From Felis catus (lineage: Eukaryota), in assembly GCF_018350175.1 (NCBI RefSeq), contig NC_058368.1, positions 63,738,001 to 63,802,000 of the forward strand: a DNA stretch of 64,000 bases, in the 5' to 3' direction. The position numbers and the translations under genes were made by a program. The notes beneath the pieces were generated by a model, which had not been told where the DNA came from, did not search any database, and was given only the letters and a program-made list of their open reading frames with translations. Positions 52,340-64,000 of the stretch are shown here, in pieces. Positions within the stretch are counted from its first letter, which is position 1. Each line of letters begins with the position of its first letter.

Positions 52340-53350
52340 GATATTTTGTTTATATTTTTAAAGCAAAATTCTTCTTATTATTCCATTATAACTACTTCTA
52401 AAATCCCTAAGGTCGATTAGGCATATGTAAGTATAAAAGAATTTTTGGTGTAGAATGAAAAAAAGACAGAAACAATCAGGATTTTGAATGCAAGTGATCT
52501 TGAAGTTGTCTATGCCAACCCACTGTGTTTTTTTTTTTTTCTTTTTAATGGTTGCAGGAACTGAAATGAGAGAGGCTGAGTACTAACTTAGGTCACATAG
52601 CTGATTTGTGGCAGAACAATTTCCTCTTTTCTTCTGTAACCTTGACGTGAGACAAGTTTATACTTGTAGTTGAATTAGAACAAAAATAAACGGATACCAA
52701 AGTCCTATAAATCTAGGAACTGCTTTTAAAACAAATCACCTAATTTAGCTCACTCTTCCAATCAAGTACACTCTGTTGTTTATGGCGCCTTCTTTACACT
52801 TTTGAGAGTCATAATTTTTCTCTACCTTTTTTACTTCACTTGATAAATCCTGATGTTTTTCTGTGTTTCTGCTGGAGCTTGAAATTAATATAGTTTTCTA
52901 TACCAGTATTACCAATTATGGGAGCATAATGACGACTATAGGGCTTTAACTGATGTTGAAGAGTAGTATAGAAGTAGAGTACATTGTTAAGAGCTCACCG
53001 TTTACTCCATGCGTGTGATTAGGCTGGAGAGACAGAGAATGATTTAGTTATACTAGCAGTCTTGCCACTTTCCCATCCTGGGGTCACCCACATTTCCCCC
53101 ACACCTTTAGGAATTTATTCTTTTTTAACTACTGGTCCTCCCTCTTTTGAGTTGTTGTTGCAGAATGTATAGTTAATTTTTTGATCCCCCAGTATGCATA
53201 TAATGCTGCTCCCTGAAGTGAGAATTTTAGAGTAGCCTAAGACTTTGGGGTAGAATGAAAGATGAAACCCAGGGAAGTGGCTTGCCCAGAGTCGCTTACT
53301 CATTAATGTGAGAACCCAGCTGAGGGTCCTGAAATCTTAATTTATATTTT

Positions 53351-54064
53351 ATTTTATTTTATTTATTTATTTTTTTTGTTTTAAGAGACAAATTCTTTTT
53401 TTTTAATGAAATTTATTGACAAATTGGTTTCCATACAACACCCAGTGCTCATCCCAAAAGGTGCCCTCCTCAATACCCATCACCCACCCTCTCCTCCCTC
53501 CCACCCCCCATCAACCCTCAGTTTGTTCTCAGTTTTTAAGAGTCTCTTATGCTTTGGCTCTCTCCCACTCTAACCTGTTTTTTTTTTTTCCTTCCCCTCC
53601 CCCATGGGTTCCTGTTAACTTTCTCAGGGTCCACATAAGAGTGAAACCATATGATATCTGTCTTTCTCTGTATGGCTTATTTCACTTAGCATCACACTCT
53701 CCAGTTCCATCCACGTTGTTTCAAAAGGCCATATTTCATTTTTTCTCATTGCCACGTAATATTCCATTGTGTATATAAACCACAATTTCTTTATCCATTC
53801 ATCAGTTGATGGACATTTAGGCTCTTTCCATAATTTGGCTATTGTTGAGAGTGCTGCTATGAACATTGGGGTACAAGTGGCCCTATGCATCAGAACTCCT
53901 GTGCTGGAGAGGATGTGGAGAAACGGGAACCCTCTTGCACTGTTGGTGGGAATGCAAATTGGTGCAGCCGCTCTGGAAAGCAGTGTGGAGGTTCCTCAGA
54001 AAATTAAAAATAGACCTACCCTATGACCCAGCAATAGCACTGCTAGGAATTTATCCAAGGGATA
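53351..54064 (-). mobile_element. Young cat-type LINE-1 insertion with 5' inversion (minus part to 53902; inverted plus part 53902-54064)
   Basis: ORF2 C-terminal peptides on both strands (MFIAALSTIAKLWKEPKCPS on minus; [14 protein letters not shown] on plus). TSD TATATTTT (53343-53350, 54063-54070). Confidence 0.95.
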
Positions 54065-54074
54065 TATTTTAATA

Positions 54075-55230
54075 TTCTCTTCAACATTTTTATATATGTA
54101 TTTTCAGAAATAAAGTCCTTTACCTTTGTATATAAGTCTAATATAAACCCACAGAATTGAATATACAGATTGTATACAGTTTCACAGTTCAGAGGTAACC
54201 TGCAGTGGCCTTTGAGGTGTATCTCTCCAGGTGTCTCCCACTGCCTATTTACACCCATCATGCCAGAAATTTGTCCATGTTCATGTAACTACTCATACAT
54301 CAATATTTAACTATCAATATGATAGCACATTTTACAGATACACTATATTGTATTTAAACATCCACTTGTTGCTAGACATCTTTTCACTGCCAATATTTTC
54401 CCTTATATTATCTGTTTTTTTTTTCTTCTGGAGAATAAAATATTACTAAATATTTCCTTAGCATTTTTATTATTTAACTCTGTTATATTTATATATTTTA
54501 TTTATCTGGAATGTATTATAGTGAATGCTGTGGGATAGAGTTTCAGCTTGATATTTTCCAGGAGGATGACTAGTTTCCCCACACGAGTTACTGAATTGCC
54601 TACCTTTGTCTCCCTACACTGATGCACTGATGCCACTTATTCAGAGGTTTATACTGGCAGGTAAACTTTAGAATTATCGTGTCAATTTTGTATTTTCCAC
54701 CCCCTTGCGATTGCATTGAATTTATAGATTTCATTTAGGGAGGAAACTGACATCTTTACAATGTACAGTTTTCCTATTCAAGAAGATGATATCTCTACGT
54801 TTATGTGAGTCTTCTTTATCTCCCTTAGTAGTTTTATAGTTTTCTCCATTATAGTTTCAGCACATTCTTATTGCTTCTTTCCTTTTTTGGTAGTTACTGT
54901 TGAATCTATACAATTCACTTATATTTATATTTAACTGTGTTAGAGATTCTGTACTTTTTTTTTGGTTAGTGTTTTTGTGTTTTCAAATTATATACTAATA
55001 TATCTAAAAATAATCATTTTTTCCATCTTACAAATGGTTATCCTTCTTTTTTCTTCTCTTTTTAAAACTGCATTGTTAATACTTACATTACAAAGTGTGT
55101 TATAGTACTAGTTACAAGTATCTTTACCCTCTTTCTGATTTTAATTGAAATGGTACTATTGTTTTATCCTTTAGCATGATGACTGTGTCAAGCATATGTT
55201 CAATCAGGTGAATAACTTGTAACCCTTATA
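54075..55230 (-). mobile_element. Ancient L1M fragments
   Basis: 'gattgcattgaatttatagatttcatttagggaggaaactgacatctttacaatg'. Confidence 0.7.
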
Positions 55231-57154
55231 ATGTGGAAGTTCTACTTTCATTAAAAGCATAAATATATGTGTTTGTTATGTATGATATATGTAACATATA
55301 TGATATATGTTATGTATGTGTACATATGTACATATGTATTTATGTGTGTATATACTAAAAATACTATATACTTATGCACATATGCATACACATATATACC
55401 CTTTAAAATTCAGATTTCAAGGAAATAATTCTTTCTATGCTGTGATGATAGTAAACACATAGTGGCATTATAATCATGGATGTGACTTGGAGAAATAGGA
55501 ATGATTTGTGGGTTGTGGTAAGATGATCTTGCCCACTCGACCAGGTGTATCTCCCAATGTTATGTTTTGCTGCTAAAATTATACTGAAAAGATTTCTTCT
55601 TTTCATTAATGAAAGTGCCTTTTATCAATGACTCATTCATTAATTTAAATTAATGGAGTGTATTATTCAATTAGGTTTAACACCTTAGTTTACATTAGAA
55701 AATCACGTATTGAATTTGTTGTGGACAGATGGCAGATTAAGGGGAGAGTTGTCACATAGGAAATTCTTTTATGTCTTTTTGGGAACCTGGGCATGAAGGA
55801 GAATGTTGGAGGTTAAGAAAAGTTTGCTGAAATTGGATTTTGGAATAAGAAAGTTGCACTTTTCATAAAATGTATTTACATTTTAATCTAGTACATGTTC
55901 AAATCTCTCTTCCCCTAAATGAGTGAGGGATAAATCCATGTTAGAGCCTAGAGACTTATATACTAAGTGTGAATGGGTGGCCTTAAAATATTGAATGTTT
56001 TATGAAGAAGAACTCAAGGAAAAGTGGAACTTTCCTTTTATTATGCCTATTCACTGTAGATAACGGCATAAATAGTCATGCAGGATGGAAAGATACAGAA
56101 ACCAAATGAGTTTATGATTCTGGAAAAAGTAAGACTCAGTAGTGGAGTTTAAGAAAAGCTGTCACAAAGGACAGAGGCTAGAAAAAAGTCAGGCAACACA
56201 CCTGATGCAGATTGGAAGGACAATGGAACACCGTGACCTAAGGCCTCACTGCTAAGGTGAACAGAGCATGGAGGTGGTGAGAAACAGTATTTGTCCCAAA
56301 AGAAGACCTTTGCTACCTTAGTGGGGAAAACCATTCTGACCCAAAAAGTCCAGTTTAATATGATCCCTAGGTTGGATTTTTTTACCCCCAAAGACCAAGA
56401 AGGAGTGACATACATTGGGACAAGGGCTCAACATATTCTTCAAGAGCTCCTCTGTGAGGAGAACTGGTCACTCACTCCTTCCTCTGTGCTCCTCTGTGCC
56501 TGTGATGAGTGGAACCAGTGATGGCTGATAGAATGCAATCACCTCACACCTTAGGAGAGCATAGTCCTCTAACAAATTCAACAGCAGAGAGAGAAGGGAA
56601 TACCTCATGACAAGGAGAGACTGTAGGAAATACCAGTGCCCAGAAGCACTCTCTCATTTGCCCTTAGACACTGAAGTAACAAGCAACGCGGAGATGGTAC
56701 AAGCATGGGGAGGGGACTCATGTAGGGTGCCATGCTGATAGTGGTGTAACCTTAACTAATGGACTTTTGCCTGTCAAGCCTCAGGGCTGGCCTATCATGT
56801 ACATGCAGATTGTGAAGCCTCTTCTCTGTTTTAAACCTTCATGTTTTTCCTCACAAATCTATTTCCAACACCTTTTCCTCTTTTTATTGGATTTATGTTG
56901 GACAGTTCTAAGTCTGTTAGCTGTTGCTTATATATAGAACTCTAAATTGAGTGGGTTTAAAACATTTTTAAACAAATATACACTGTTATTTTGAAAGTAA
57001 GGAGTATCCTAAGAGTGCAAAAAAAAGTCAGTTTCTTATTTCTAAGTGTCCTATTTCCATCTTCATTTTTCTGAAAGGTGAGGTATTAACTTTTGGGATT
57101 AATTAGCCTACATGAAGACTGAGATTCAGAAAAAAAAAGTCCTGAAAAGTGGGC

Positions 57155-57285
57155 TTTATTATCATCATTTTACAAATAAGGGAATCGAGTGTAAGAGAGA
57201 TTAACACCAAAGAAATTTCAAGGTAAGAAATTAAACTTAGGCTTGTCAGATTCCACAGCTTATGCTTTATTCACTATGCCAGGAC
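57155..57285 (-). mobile_element. MIR fragment
   Basis: 'ttattatcatcattttacaaataagggaatcgag'. Confidence 0.6.
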
Positions 57286-57699
57286 ACTCATGTAGTGATG
57301 TATTTTGGTTCATATAATTTTTTCCCCACTGTATTTTGTTAAGAAATATAAACAATAGCCATAAAAGTTAACTTTATGTCATTTAAAGCAGGTCCGGTAG
57401 GTGGCTAGGTTTTTTTCTAAGTATTGATGGCGTATTAGATTTGTATTAAAAATTGATAGAGATTACCTTCTGGAATTTTATAGTTAATAGCACATTTTAT
57501 TTTATTATAGAACACCAATACTTTCTATCTAGTATATGGTATAATATTTAATTTGCTAACAATTTAGCAACATACAAGTTAGAGAGTTAAGAGGGAGTTA
57601 ACATACAAGTTAGAGAGGTAAGAGGGAAAATTCTGTATCAGGAAGAACATTGAGTGCTTTTCCAAGGAGTCATCTTGGAAGTGATGGGGAACATTTGAA

Positions 57700-59090
57700 G
57701 GATTTTCATTTGGACTTGGTAAACTAGGGGCATCAATCCCATTAACGGGGAGCTAGGTAAGAAATGATGAGAGTTTAATTAGGGCTGATGCTAAAGATAG
57801 ATTTTGGAGAGTGAATATAGACAGTAAAGTTTTGGAAACAAGCAACAGATAGATGCAAAGGGACCAATTATACATTTATGGTTTAACTGGGTTGGTAGTA
57901 TGGCCATTCGAAAATATAGGCAGTTTAATTAGAGGACCAAGTTATGTTTGGAGGGCATCTAGGACTCATCTAGGAGGCAGTCTTTGGTGGAAATTTGAAC
58001 TGGTGATCTCAAGGGTGGTATAGGTCCAGTGATTTTGGAAGTCATCACTGTAGAGGTTAGACCTTCCTAAAATTGAGGGGATGTAAATTCTTGGGTGTTT
58101 ATGTATGCATACTCCTTTTTTTTTTTTTACAAGGGTGCCTACATTTTCATTTGAGTCTCAGAATCAGTGACCTCAAAGTTTAAGAAACATTGAGGGGGTT
58201 ATTGATTGAAGCTATGGTTCTGATAGTCATTGGGGGAAGGAGGAAAGGAGGCTGTAAATGCAGGGAGGAAGCCATTGGCTTGAGGAGGGAAAACTCAACA
58301 CACATCAGGTTTAGGAATCCAGTGGGAGAAAAGTGACACAGGAAGAAGCCAAGAAAGAATAGCTGGAGAGGACTGAGGCCACAAAGCCCAGGAAATGAGG
58401 TTTCCAAGAAAGATAAAGATAAACACAAAAAGCATCCATGGAAATTGGTGATATGAAGGTGGTTGGTGTTACCAGAGAGAGGGCAAATGGAAGTGAAGAC
58501 AAGTTGGTGGTATGAATGAGAAAGTGGAAAGGGAAGAGGAATAAGAGGGGATATCAGGTTAAAGAAAGAACTTTGCTTTTGTGTTTTTCTTTGTTTTTAG
58601 TGACTGAGCCTTGAGCACGTTTTCTAAAGATATGGAAGCCCTGGAAAGGAAACCATCGATGGGAGATAAAAGCCTGCAGAGGTGATTGCTGAACATGGGT
58701 CATGAGAACGTAGGAGGAGATGGGACGTAAACACATGAATGCGTTATTGAATCTGGGCAAAATGAGCAACTCCCAATTCTCTAGAGACAGGAAGGGAATT
58801 GGAATGATGGTTGTAGATGAAGATAAGCTCTGGGTTGACCCACAAATAACTGGTGGCCTTGCTATTGAAGGCTGCGTCGAGGTAAAAGATAGACTATTTA
58901 GCATTCCAGTTCTTGTGGTGTGTAATTTTTTCCCTGGCAGTGTACTCTGACCTGAGCATGGAGGAGAGCAAGGATTGGGTGGACTCAGTGACAGAGTTTT
59001 TAAGGACAGTATGACAGAAAAGCAAGGGGGCAAGGGAGTTGTGCGTGATAGGCTGGACATAGAAAAAGGTAAGGACAGATTGGATGAACA
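57700..59090 (-). mobile_element. L2 fragments
   Basis: Purine-rich, with antisense L2-like 'ccatggaaattggtgatatgaaggtggttggtgttacc'. Confidence 0.55.
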
Positions 59091-59234
59091 GACTGGAGAT
59101 TTGTAATCAGGAAAATCGTAATTCCAACATCAACTAACATTTTTATTGCTAGTATAACAGCGCAAGTCCTGTAATGATAAAAGTTATGGGCAAAGATTGG
59201 AATTTAAGTTCTCACCTCAGGGCATAGTTGAAGA

Positions 59235-60049
59235 CATTACTGTCCAACCTGCGAGCCATTGGTCATAATTTGTCACTACCACTTGAAATGTGACTAGGGA
59301 TTGAGATGTGCTTTTGTGTAAAATACACACCAGATCTTGAAGACTTGATATGACAGAAATGATGTAAATATTTCATTTATAATACTTCATATTGAAGACA
59401 TGCTAAAATGATGAGTTTCGTTATATCGGGCTCTATTAGTTTCCTAGGGCTCTTCTAACAAAATACCACAACCCAGCGGCTTAAACAGAAATATATTGTC
59501 TGGGAGGCTAGAAGTCTGGGATCAAGGTGTCTACTGGGTTGTTTCCTTCAGAGGGCTGTGAGGAGGGATCGGTCCACGTCTCTCCCTAGCTTCTGGTGGC
59601 TTGAGGGCAATCTTTAGCTTTCCTTGCTTTGTAGAGGCATCGCCCCATCTCTTCCTTCATTTCTGCGTGCTCTTCTTCCTGTTTTCATGTCTGTGTCCAA
59701 ATCCCCCTTTTATAAAGGCACTGGTCATATTGGATTAATGACCCACTGTACTCCCATATAACTTTATCCTAACTTAACCAATTAGATCTTCAATGACCCT
59801 GCTTCCAAGTAAAGTCACATTCTAAACTTTGAGAGTTTGGTAATTAGACATATGATGAGTTAGACATATGATTAATTAGACATATAATGAAAATTTCAGT
59901 TTCACCCATAATTTCAACCCATAAGTTGGGCTATATAGAACAAATTAGTAAAATTAATCCCACTTATTTATTTTTGCTTTCTTTATTGCAACTACTAGAA
60001 ACATGAAGTTATGAATTTGGCCTGCATTATATTTCTATTGTACAGTGCT
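59235..60049 (-). mobile_element. hAT-Charlie MITE, MER33-like, split by an LTR
   Basis: 'gattgagatgtgcttttgtgtaaaatacacaccagat' and terminal 'gcattatatttctattgtacagtgc'. Confidence 0.82.
59432..59926 (-). mobile_element. MaLR solo LTR, MLT1C-like
   Basis: 'tattagtttcctagggct...ggaggctagaagtctgggatcaaggtgtc...ttcaacccataa'; near-perfect 5-bp TSD (C/T)GGGC. Confidence 0.88.
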
Positions 60050-60199
60050 TCTTTATGACACTAGCTAATACTAACGGATATAGGCAGGCACTGTTCTAAG
60101 ACCTTTATGTATATTAAATTACTTAGCACTTAAAATAGCCCTATTTAGTATGTGTTATTGTTTGCCTTTGTTATTTTTTTGTAGACAATACAGTTAGAC

Positions 60200-60640
60200 T
60201 TTTATTTTTTAAATTTTATTATATTATTTTATCTATCTATTTATTTAAACATTTTATTTAAATCCAAGTTAGTTAACATATAGTGTAATAATGATTTCAG
60301 GAGTAGAATTTAGTGATTCATCACTTACATGTAACATCCAGTGCTCATCCCAACAAGTGTCCTTCTTAATGCCCATCACCTGTTCAGCCCATCCCCTTGC
60401 CCAACACTCCTCCAGCAACCCTTACTTTGTTCTCTGTGTTTCAGAGTCTCTTGTGGTTTGCCTCCCTCTGTTCTTATCTTATTTTCCTTCCTTTCCTCTG
60501 TGTTCATCTGTTTTGTTTCTTAAATTTCACATGTGAGTGAAATCATGTTATCGTTATCTTTCTCTGAGTGACTTATTAAGCTTAGCATAATACACTTTAG
60601 TTACATTCACGTTGTTGCAAATGGCAAGATTTCGTTCCTT
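60200..60640 (-). mobile_element. Carnivore L1 3' end (older than the 46.3 kb and 53.4 kb copies), inserted in a MIR
   Basis: 'tcaggagtagaatttagtgattcatcacttac...cagtgctcatc...gttgttgcaaatggcaagattt'. Confidence 0.9.
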
Positions 60641-61792
60641 TTCCCTTGTTATTGAGGGGTGAAGGTGTCTGCCCAGGGACACGCAGATGGAGAATAGCAG
60701 AGTCAGCAAGTGAACACCCTAGCACCAAAATCGGCACACTTACCCTCTCCAGAATAACACATCTTTATAGAGCAATGGTATGTCTGGTCAGTCTGAAATG
60801 TTAACAGTATCAGTTCCTCATATACTAGGCACTGGGTACATCTCCATTAATTTCCCCTTTTCATTTCTACTTTTCGTTGGCCTGTGCATCAGTTTGTCTT
60901 GATAGCTTTTTACCTCTAGCATCCCTTACTAATCAATACCTATGTTTTTTTTTTCTGTTACTCAATGTATATTTTATTATGTGCGTTATATACTTATGTA
61001 TTTTTTATAGCAGAGCTATGTATTTTTTCACTGTTTTAACTTGTCTTTTGATTGAAAACCTTTAGCTATTATTAGGAGACCAATCTTCTGTATTTGTGGA
61101 ATTCTCTTAAGAAAAAATAATACACCATATACTTTAAAATAGCTTTTATATTGTGGCTATAAAAAGACATCCTTTGAAAAGGTCATGGCAAAGAACAATG
61201 GAATGAATTGTGACAAAATTCAAAATAACTGTTTATTAAGGAAATCAGAACATAAAGTCTTTTCACCCAAAGTGAGAGAGACATTTTAAAACAAATTTGG
61301 TGGGCATTGGTGGATTTAAGTGATTTAAATTTAATGAAATATCAGGTTTCATTCTCATAAAGCTATGCATGTATATGTTAAAAGATGGGTGAATGGAAGG
61401 ATTTGATGTTTGCTTTCTTTTTTGGCTTTATCACTTGTTACATGACCTTAGAAAGAAGGAATCAAGGTAGAAAGAAGGAATCAAGACAAATTGAGTAGAA
61501 GGCTAGAGAAAACTCTTTCACCTGGTACTTTAGGGACTCAAGTTCTCTAACATTAGTGCAATATCCTTTTTTTTTCTTTCTCTAGAGCGTCATCTTTGAC
61601 CTCAGTATTCTTTGCCTTGACTTTGAAACTTGTACTGTATTTCATCTTTACTTCCTCTAATTTTGTCCTCTGAATTTGACCTCTGCATTTTCCTCTTGAG
61701 CATAGTAGTTTGGTCTTGCCTTTCATCATGTTTTTCTTGGTATTTTGTACCCTGACTCCATGATCTGGTCCCTTAAATATAGCTAGAAATCT

Positions 61793-61821
61793 TTTTAAAA
61801 ATATAATTATTTATTTTGAGA

Positions 61822-61887
<66 letters not shown>

Positions 61888-62026
61888 GGTAGAGAGACGG
61901 GGAGAGAGAGAATCCCAAGCAGTTTCTGCACCATCAGCGCAGAGTCCGACGCAGGGCTCAAATTCAGGAACCTGAGCTGAAATCAATAGTCAGACACTGA
62001 ACTGACTGAGCCACGCAGTCATCCCT
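61793..62026 (-). mobile_element. Can-SINE
   Basis: TSD TAGCTAGAA(A/T)TCT (61780-61792, 62028-62040). Confidence 0.93.
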
Positions 62027-62324
62027 GTAGCTAGAATTCTAATTAACCCTACCAGAGCATCTCAGTAAGAAGACCCAGATGCTTCTCCTCTTCCTGAGAG
62101 TGGTACTCTTTAATCACTTTGTTCATGGCTACATCATGAGAATTTATGACAAAAATCATTTTAGGAATTTGTGTAAAATAGTGTGAATCCTTGATGATAA
62201 AGGATTTCCTTATTCTATAATAGTATTTCCAATATTACTAAAGTTTTTACATGAGAAATGAAGTCTAGTCAGTCATCCAAATTTATGTTTCTGTATCTGT
62301 GAAACACCCAGCTGTCATGTGGGA

Positions 62325-62508
62325 CTGTATTTCTCAAACTTTAGCAAAAAAATCACTCATAGAGCTTGTTATAATATAGACCTTTGGGCTATACCCCCAG
62401 AGGTTTTGACTCAGTTGATCTGTGGGGGACGCACAGATTTGCACTTTCATCAAGAGCCCTGGTGATAGTGATGATGTCCTTCTAAGGACCACACTTGGGA
62501 TAACATTG
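62325..62508 (-). mobile_element. hAT-Charlie MITE, MER5A-like
   Basis: About 185 bp with degenerate terminal inverted repeats 'ctgtatttctcaaa' and 'ttgggataacattg'; contains 'ggaccacact'. Confidence 0.75.
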
Positions 62509-63081
62509 ATGTAGACCAGACTTCCTAGTGATCATTTGTCCTAAGTTACCTGGTAACAAACATGTCAATAGTAGGTAATGTCAACCCTGTTCATTTAAAG
62601 AGAATAAAAACAAATCAGAATATTGGTAATTTTTTGGTTTTTAAATGTTGTATTAATACGTATATAAAACGAAAGAGGAGTGGTTTTGGTAAAAGGTTTT
62701 CAAAGATATAGCCCAGAAATATTATATTAGGGAAAAAGATAGCTTAGGATATTTGAAGCAAAGTATTATAGAAAATTGTCTTTCCCCAAATTATGCAACT
62801 AGTTATCTTTGCCAAAGATTCACTATAATACCAATTTAAAATTACTTTTAAAGATTCCTGATATGGAAAATGAGTCCTCATTATGGTTGGATGAAAACAT
62901 TTTTTTTAACATTTAGGGAAATGTGCTTTTTACATTTGTTGTTATGTGTAACATTTACACTGAGATAACTTCTATAATTTAACTATCAATGTAATTTCCA
63001 CTGTGAGAAAACTAAGTAAATATAATGATATTTATATATGGTTATCTACCTTTGGATTATGGTTATTTAAAACCATTATTT

Positions 63082-63203
63082 GAGCCTGGGTGGCTCAGTT
63101 GGTTGAGCATCTGACTCTTGATTTCGGTTCAGGTCTTGATCACAGGGTCATGGGATCAAGCCCTGTGTCAGGCTCTGTGGGCTCTGCTTAAGATTCTCTC
63201 TCT
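63082..63203 (+). mobile_element. Can-SINE 5' part, lacking its tail
   Basis: 'gcctgggtggctcagttggttgagcatctgactcttgatttcgg...aagattctctctct'. Confidence 0.9.
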
Positions 63204-63204
63204 T

Positions 63205-63580
63205 AGGAAAATACAAATCAAAACCATGATAAGACATAAGCTTACACCTGTCAAATGGCTAAAATTAACAACATAAGAAACAACAGGTGTTAGCAACGAT
63301 GTGGAGAAAGGGGAACCCTCTTGCACTGTTGGGGGGAAGACAAACTGGTGCAGCCACTCTTGAGAACAGTGTGGAAATTTCTCACAAAACTAAAAATAGA
63401 GCTACCCTATGATCCAGCAATTACACTATTAGGTATTTATCCAAAGGTTATGAAAATGCAGATTCAAAGCTGTACATGCACCCCAATGTTTATAGCAGCA
63501 TTGTCAACAATAGCCAAACTATGGAGAGAGCCTAAATATCCATCAACTGATGAATGGTGAAAGAAGTTGGCATACACACA

Positions 63581-63611
<31 letters not shown>

Positions 63612-64000
63612 GACTATTATTCAGCCTTTGAAAGCAATGAAATCTTGCATTTACAACAACCTGGATGGAACTAGAGTGTATTACGCTAAGTGAAATAAGT
63701 CAATCAGAGAAAGACAAAAGCCATATGATTTCACTCATATGTGGAATTTAAGAAACAAAACAGATGAACACATGGGAAGGGTGGAAGAAGAGAAGAGAGG
63801 GAAACTACAAGAGACTCCTAAAGGTAGAGAACAAACAGGGTTGATGGAAGGAGACGGATGGGAGACGGGCTAGACAGGTAATGGGTATTACAGAGGGCAC
63901 TTGTGGTGATGAGCACTGGGTGTTGTATGTAAGTGATGAGTCACTGAATTCTACTTCTGAGACCAATATTGCACTATGTGTTAAGAAAATAAAATTAATG
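63205..64000 (+). mobile_element. Carnivore L1 3' end (ORF2 C-terminus and 3' UTR) with an internal (CA)n
   Basis: ORF 63321-63560 reads [12 protein letters not shown]...ELPYDPAI...MFIAALSTIAKLW; 3' UTR 'gatgagcactgggtgttgtatgtaagtgatga'. Confidence 0.95.

Noticed and set aside
58554..59060. Longest ORF in the window (168 aa)
   Set aside because: Lies in L2-like remnant sequence and has no recognisable domain.
60161..60250. Possible second L1 3' transduction (GTAGACAATACAGTTAGAC between T-runs)
   Set aside because: The TSD is degenerate, and the segment could equally be host MIR sequence.
1..64000. CRISPR array, prokaryotic or viral genes, processed pseudogene, or a novel multi-gene system
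   Set aside because: No regularly spaced repeat-spacer array, no long ORFs and no TSD-flanked mRNA-like segment were seen; the content fits ordinary felid non-coding DNA.

Overview
AT-rich mammalian genomic DNA, almost certainly felid. It carries about 28 tRNA-derived carnivore SINEs (Can-SINE/SINEC, some of the young cat type) and young cat-type LINE-1 3' ends. I cannot recognise any protein-coding gene, RNA gene or CpG island; the ORF track is explained by SINE, L1 and microsatellite sequence or by chance. The window is a layered transposon fossil record: ancient L1M, L2, MIR, MaLR/ERVL solo LTRs and hAT MITEs, overlaid by lineage-specific SINE and L1 insertions, many with readable target-site duplications (TSDs). 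The most informative structures are a twin-primed, 5'-inverted young L1 that also seems to carry a short 3' transduction (53343-54070), a possible SINE/L1 chimera at the right edge (63082-64000), repeated SINE re-targeting of one site (12463-13218 and 48173-48638), and closely spaced inverted SINE pairs. LTR orientation bias and one splice-site pair weakly suggest an intron of a + strand gene. I found no convincing previously undescribed biological system. Repeat subfamily names come from remembered consensus sequences, and boundaries of old elements are approximate.
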